DNA of 62,163 nucleotides, the filler included. It is 9 parts of 9 records of this genome, joined end to end, with 100 filler letters (N's around TTAATTAATTAA, not from the genome) between each part and the next. Parts side by side here need not be neighbours in the genome. Positions count along the whole stretch, not along the records: positions 57,763 to 62,163 come from SRR7504441_992; 8 more parts are not named here. One strand, given 5' to 3'. The notes below the pieces were generated by a model that was not told the DNA's origin, did not search any database, and saw only the letters and a program-made list of their open reading frames with translations. This document shows, one piece after another, positions 57,906 through 62,163 of the stretch. Made by a program: the position numbers and the translations under genes. Numbering within the stretch: position 1 is the first letter of the stretch; each line of letters begins with the position of its first letter.

Positions 57906-60900
57906 ATGGAGGCCAGCCTGGAGGCCGACTTGGGCCGGGTGGCTGAGCTGAGCTCTATGGGGTACGTGGCGCTCAAGGCGCACCTCAAGGCCTCCGGCAA
58001 GGTCGACCCTGCCGCGGTGGACCGGGCGCTATCTAAGCAGGAGCTGCTCCGCCTGGTCTCCGGCGAGCCCGAGCGGCCGGAGCAGCCGGTGACGTGGCTC
58101 AAACCGGAGCATCCGGTCACATGGATCCGACACACGTGTGACCGGCGGCACTGGATCCGGCGCACCGAGTTGATGAAACTGTGCGCCTCGAGCAGCTACG
58201 CCAACCGGCCGGGCGGGCCGGGATTTCCATCGGTGGAGGAGCTGGCTGGGATGGACCCAGCTCTGCTCAACGGGCAGATGCTCGACTGGCACAGCACCCC
58301 GCTCTGTCTGGCTGCCGACAGCGGGCACGTCCTGGCGGTGGAGCGGCTGCTGGCAGCCAAGGCCGACCCGAACTGCCTTCCGGTCAAGACCACCAGGGAC
58401 GGCGGGGGCAGCCGGCTCCGGCTGACGCCTCTGCACTTTGCGGTCCGGTCTGGCTTCCACAGCGCTGTCCCGACCGAACATCGCGCCCGGACAGTGCGAG
58501 CGCTGCTCGAGGCCAGTGGTCGGGACCTCAACGTGCGGTGCGATCGGTCGGGCGCCACGGCGCTCTCGCACGCGGTGCAGTGCAAGACACGCTTGAGCGT
58601 GCGCCAGCTGCTGGCCTGTCCCGACATCGACCCCGACCTGCCGGACCACGACGGCGTCTGCCCGCTGCTGCACGCCGTGCTGCTCAGGAGTGAGCAAATG
58701 GTGGCCGAGCTACTTGACCCCCCTGGCCGGCTCAACGTCAACTTCACCTGCGCCGAGGTCCAGCACAGGACAGCGCTCCACCTGGCGAGTACCGCGCCAG
58801 AGAGCCGGTGGGACATGCTCGGATGGCTGCTCAATCAGCCGGCGGTTGCACTGGACCCTGCCGACCTCGAGGGCCGGACTCCCTTAATGTACGCTGCGAT
58901 TTCCGGCCAGATACACGCCGCCTCGCGGCTGATTGACGCCGGCGCCCAGATCAACCTCTGCGACAGCCCTACCAGCGGCGGCCAGCCCCGCACCGCGCTA
59001 GACTATGCCAGCAAGCACCAGCACACGGAGCTGAGTCGGTTGCTGGCCGAGCGAGGGGCGGTCTCAGCAGACCTAGTGGAGCAGCTGCATGCGGCGGCGG
59101 CCAGACAGGACCAGACCCGGTGCGTTGAGCTGATTGAAGCCGGAGTGGACCTGCACAGCCTAGACGCGGACGGCCGGTCACCCCTCGTGCGGGCTGCGAG
59201 CAATGGCTGGGTCGATTCCGTTAGGATCGTGCTCAATCTGGCGGACCAGTCTACCCCCGAGGCAAACTGCGCGCAAATCCGGCTGGCGATGGTGGCAGCT
59301 GTGCAGGCGTCCGACGTCGAGATGGCGAGGTGCATCTTGGACCACCCAGCCGTCGATCCCAAAGCGGCGTGCCTGGGCGAGACGGTTGAGGGGCAACTGG
59401 GCGGGCTCGCCATCAATCCCGAGGTGCACAGTAAGCCGGTGCTCTTGCTGGTAATCGAACAGTCGCCGCGAGATGGAGAGCATGCGGCCCGGCTGTTGTC
59501 AGTGTGCCAGGCTGTGGTGTGTCGATGTCCACAATCGGTGGACCAGCTAGTTTCAGGCCGGGACACCGTGCTGGTCCTGGCCAGGGGCAGCCCTAACAAC
59601 TTGATCAGGCAGTGGGCGTCGGCGTACGGCTCGTACTTAGGAAGGTATAAGCTGTTGGCCGAGCAGCCTGAGCATAAGAGCGCCACTTGCGAGGTGTGGC
59701 GAGCGCAGGACACGATTGAGCTCAAGGAGGTTGCCCTGAAAATTGTTGCGGAGCGAGAACATTTCGAATCCGAGGTGCTCTGCCGGGTGAACAAGGGCGG
59801 CTCCAGGCTGGACGACAGCTACGTGCTGGATCTGGTTAGGACTCACGTGCCTCCGGGGTTTGTGTCGGACTATGTGGGACAGACGGTGGACTGGCTTGTG
59901 GACGCCAGCCACTGCTCGACGGAGGAAAGCTTTGTGCTGTGCATGCCTTGGGCCGATAGGAACTTGGCTCAGATCGCCGTGATGGAGCGCGTGGCCGGGA
60001 TCAGCCTTGACACGATCATGGAAATCTCAGCACAGTTTGCCAGGGGACTGCAATATTTACACCAGAATGATCTAATCCACGGTGATGCCAAGCCCCGAAA
60101 CGTGGTCAGGATAAACGGACGATTCAAGCTGATTGACCTCGACGCGTCTGCCAGTTTTGACCAGCCGTGTGGTAAAAAGTTCTCGGAGGCTTACGTGCCT
60201 CCAGAATTCATGCGGCTGCTGCTGCCGACCAGGGCGCAGCACAAGGGCCTCAGCAAGCACCCGCACCCGACGATACCCGCCAAGCCGTCCTTCGACATTT
60301 GGCAGTTCGGGGTGGTTTTATTCGAGCTGCTGTCTGGTGCAGATCTGTTCCCAAAGGATTTCAACGACGACACAATTTGTCTCGCCGAGGACTGCCACAA
60401 GCTGGCAACTTGGACAGAGCCGCCGCCCGAGAAACTCGACTTGGTGCTCAGATCTGCGAGCGCCACACCCGTGCGGTTGATGATGGCCCGGGACTTGCTC
60501 TCCCTCTGCCTCCAGGGATCGGAAGAGAACAGGCCGGCCTCCATGTGCAGCATATTGGCACATCCTTTCTTCTGCGCACCGGACCTGCCGATTGCATCCT
60601 TGCCTTCGGATATGAGGCTGCCAGATACAGTGGACGTGGTCTTCAGCTACCAGAGCACGCAAGTGGTGTTCCTCCGCAGGATCAGGAGGGCACTCAACGC
60701 ACTAGGGATTGCAACGGCAGACGGGACTCAAGTGCCCGCAGGCCACGACTGGAGGGCTTGGTACTTTAGCAAGGCCAACAAGGCGGCCCTGTTCATCCCC
60801 ATTTGCAGCCCTAATCTATTTCGTTCGAGCGCGTGCTTCGAGGAGGCGCTGTGGTGCATGAACATGAACAAGCCCGTGATCAGACTCAACTACGACCAGC

Positions 60901-62150
60901 CGGGGTTCGACGGGCTGATGAATGACCCCGGAAATAAGAGAAACAGCGAGACGCAGGGCCAGCCGGGCTACCGCTCCATGCTCGCCGGCTGCCCGGCTGT
61001 CCCAGAGCTCGGCCAGTTCGATCTCGGATTCTTTGCCAACCTCAAGAAGCTGGTTGACGTGATCATCGGTCGGCTCCCAGAGCGGCCTCGGCCTCGAATC
61101 CACCTTGTCTGCGCTCCAGACCCGCAGCAGCGCGAGTTCTCGTCCTCTTTGAGTGAGAAGCTGTGCGCGCAAGGGTTCGACGCGAGGGTGCTCGACGCTG
61201 CTGCGCCTGACCAGCCTGCGGAGGTTTGCCTGCCGGTGATTTCTGGGGGCTTGCTCCAGTGTCCAAATGCGAGCGAGCTCCTCCAGCTAGAGCAGGAGAA
61301 CAAGGCGCAGTGGCTGCCGGTGCTGTACGACATCAGTTCGTTCTATTCGGCGAGAAGCTGCTACAAGGACTCTCCGGACACAGCACTGAGAGTGCCCCAT
61401 CTCCTGAGCATTCTCAATACCGCTAATCGAACGCCACCCAGTAGCAACTTCACTGACAATTACCGCGACAACTTTGATACGCTGCTGGCGGCGCTGCGGC
61501 GGCTGGTTTTGATGGATCGGCAGCCGCGAGCTCGGCTGGCACACTACCTGCCCAAGTTTAGCACTATACTCCACGGCAGCCCAAAGCTACCTAGCTCGGG
61601 CATCCTGTCGCCCGACTGCTTTGATGACTCGATGGACGAGCTAATGGGCTTGATCCGGCCAATCAGACTGAAGGAGGCCCTGCCGCACAACCCGGCAGAA
61701 ACCAGCTCATCGGTGCGTGGCCCTGTAGTAGTGGTGTCGCATACCTCAGCAAAGATCGAGCTGCTGCGATCGGTAGTGGAATTCCTCAAGGGCCAGGGGC
61801 TCACCGTGATCTTCCATGAAGACCCCGACCCCCTTGAGTGGTTTGACGACTGTGACGACGCAAGTGTGTGCCTATTGTGGATCACGCGCGACTTTGTGGC
61901 CACGGCGTGCGGATTGAACTCTCAACGGCTGCAGTCCCAGATGACGTTTGCCAAGGACAACCGGCTGCAGTTGATTCCTTTGATGGCTGAGAGCGTCAGG
62001 TTGGAGGTCGACTATCTGCTGTCGAACCGCGGCCAGGAGATGCAAGACCTAATGGCGCTGCTGCAACAGAAGGAGGAGATAATTCAAAATCAGCAAAGCG
62101 AGTTGAGAAGATTACAACAGCTAAGAGGCGGCCCCCCAGCTAGTTTATAG
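57906..62150 (+). CDS. Ankyrin repeats - protein kinase - three TIR-like domains - coiled coil; intronless, 1414 aa
   Basis: TPLCLAA/TPLHFAV/TALHLA/TPLMYAA ankyrin repeats; VALK, HGDAKPRN, LIDLD, YVPPE, DIWQFG kinase; DVVFSYQ...FIPICSPNLFRSSACFEEA...KPVI TIR, plus two further TIR-like blocks. Confidence 0.88.
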   Translation: MEASLEADLGRVAELSSMGYVALKAHLKASGKVDPAAVDRALSKQELLRLVSGEPERPEQPVTWLKPEHPVTWIRHTCDRRHWIRRTELMKLCASSSYANRPGGPGFPSVEELAGMDPALLNGQMLDWHSTPLCLAADSGHVLAVERLLAAKADPNCLPVKTTRDGGGSRLRLTPLHFAVRSGFHSAVPTEHRARTVRALLEASGRDLNVRCDRSGATALSHAVQCKTRLSVRQLLACPDIDPDLPDHDGVCPLLHAVLLRSEQMVAELLDPPGRLNVNFTCAEVQHRTALHLASTAPESRWDMLGWLLNQPAVALDPADLEGRTPLMYAAISGQIHAASRLIDAGAQINLCDSPTSGGQPRTALDYASKHQHTELSRLLAERGAVSADLVEQLHAAAARQDQTRCVELIEAGVDLHSLDADGRSPLVRAASNGWVDSVRIVLNLADQSTPEANCAQIRLAMVAAVQASDVEMARCILDHPAVDPKAACLGETVEGQLGGLAINPEVHSKPVLLLVIEQSPRDGEHAARLLSVCQAVVCRCPQSVDQLVSGRDTVLVLARGSPNNLIRQWASAYGSYLGRYKLLAEQPEHKSATCEVWRAQDTIELKEVALKIVAEREHFESEVLCRVNKGGSRLDDSYVLDLVRTHVPPGFVSDYVGQTVDWLVDASHCSTEESFVLCMPWADRNLAQIAVMERVAGISLDTIMEISAQFARGLQYLHQNDLIHGDAKPRNVVRINGRFKLIDLDASASFDQPCGKKFSEAYVPPEFMRLLLPTRAQHKGLSKHPHPTIPAKPSFDIWQFGVVLFELLSGADLFPKDFNDDTICLAEDCHKLATWTEPPPEKLDLVLRSASATPVRLMMARDLLSLCLQGSEENRPASMCSILAHPFFCAPDLPIASLPSDMRLPDTVDVVFSYQSTQVVFLRRIRRALNALGIATADGTQVPAGHDWRAWYFSKANKAALFIPICSPNLFRSSACFEEALWCMNMNKPVIRLNYDQPGFDGLMNDPGNKRNSETQGQPGYRSMLAGCPAVPELGQFDLGFFANLKKLVDVIIGRLPERPRPRIHLVCAPDPQQREFSSSLSEKLCAQGFDARVLDAAAPDQPAEVCLPVISGGLLQCPNASELLQLEQENKAQWLPVLYDISSFYSARSCYKDSPDTALRVPHLLSILNTANRTPPSSNFTDNYRDNFDTLLAALRRLVLMDRQPRARLAHYLPKFSTILHGSPKLPSSGILSPDCFDDSMDELMGLIRPIRLKEALPHNPAETSSSVRGPVVVVSHTSAKIELLRSVVEFLKGQGLTVIFHEDPDPLEWFDDCDDASVCLLWITRDFVATACGLNSQRLQSQMTFAKDNRLQLIPLMAESVRLEVDYLLSNRGQEMQDLMALLQQKEEIIQNQQSELRRLQQLRGGPPASL

Positions 62151-62163
62151 CGATACGGTAGTT

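Overview
This is eukaryotic (protist) genomic DNA, not prokaryotic. It consists of nine contigs joined by eight artificial 100-nt linkers (N44-TTAATTAATTAA-N44), so neighbours across linkers are not real synteny. The genome is very compact and GC-rich, with about 30 protein genes. Many genes are split by tiny (about 34-66 nt) spliceosomal introns, which fragments the supplied ORF track. Genes are often head-to-head, with start codons only about 50-190 bp apart. Recognisable genes: a CDK1-type kinase (PSTALRE), a Tudor+PWWP protein, an NHE/NHX exchanger, a GH78-like rhamnosidase, a sulfotransferase, a multi-TM patatin/cPLA2-like lipase, COG8, a thioredoxin-like ferredoxin-flavoreductase fusion, DPM1, a BTHB-ubiquitin-like fusion, a beta-helix glycosidase-like protein, a VPS53-like protein, UFC1, a TMEM8-like protein, a UBR1/PRT6-like E3 ligase, a BTB/Skp1-LRR protein, an EF-hand coiled-coil protein, MetA, and an ankyrin-kinase-3xTIR protein. 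Most notable: (1) the ANK-kinase-triple-TIR immune-like protein; (2) an unusual mini-intron class, GC-rich with no polypyrimidine tract, a near-fixed branch-A spacing, frequent GC donors and mutually complementary ends; (3) a MYB/MSA-like YAACGG motif in most promoters. All gene calls come from recognising motifs by eye. No searches were run, and the organism is not identified.
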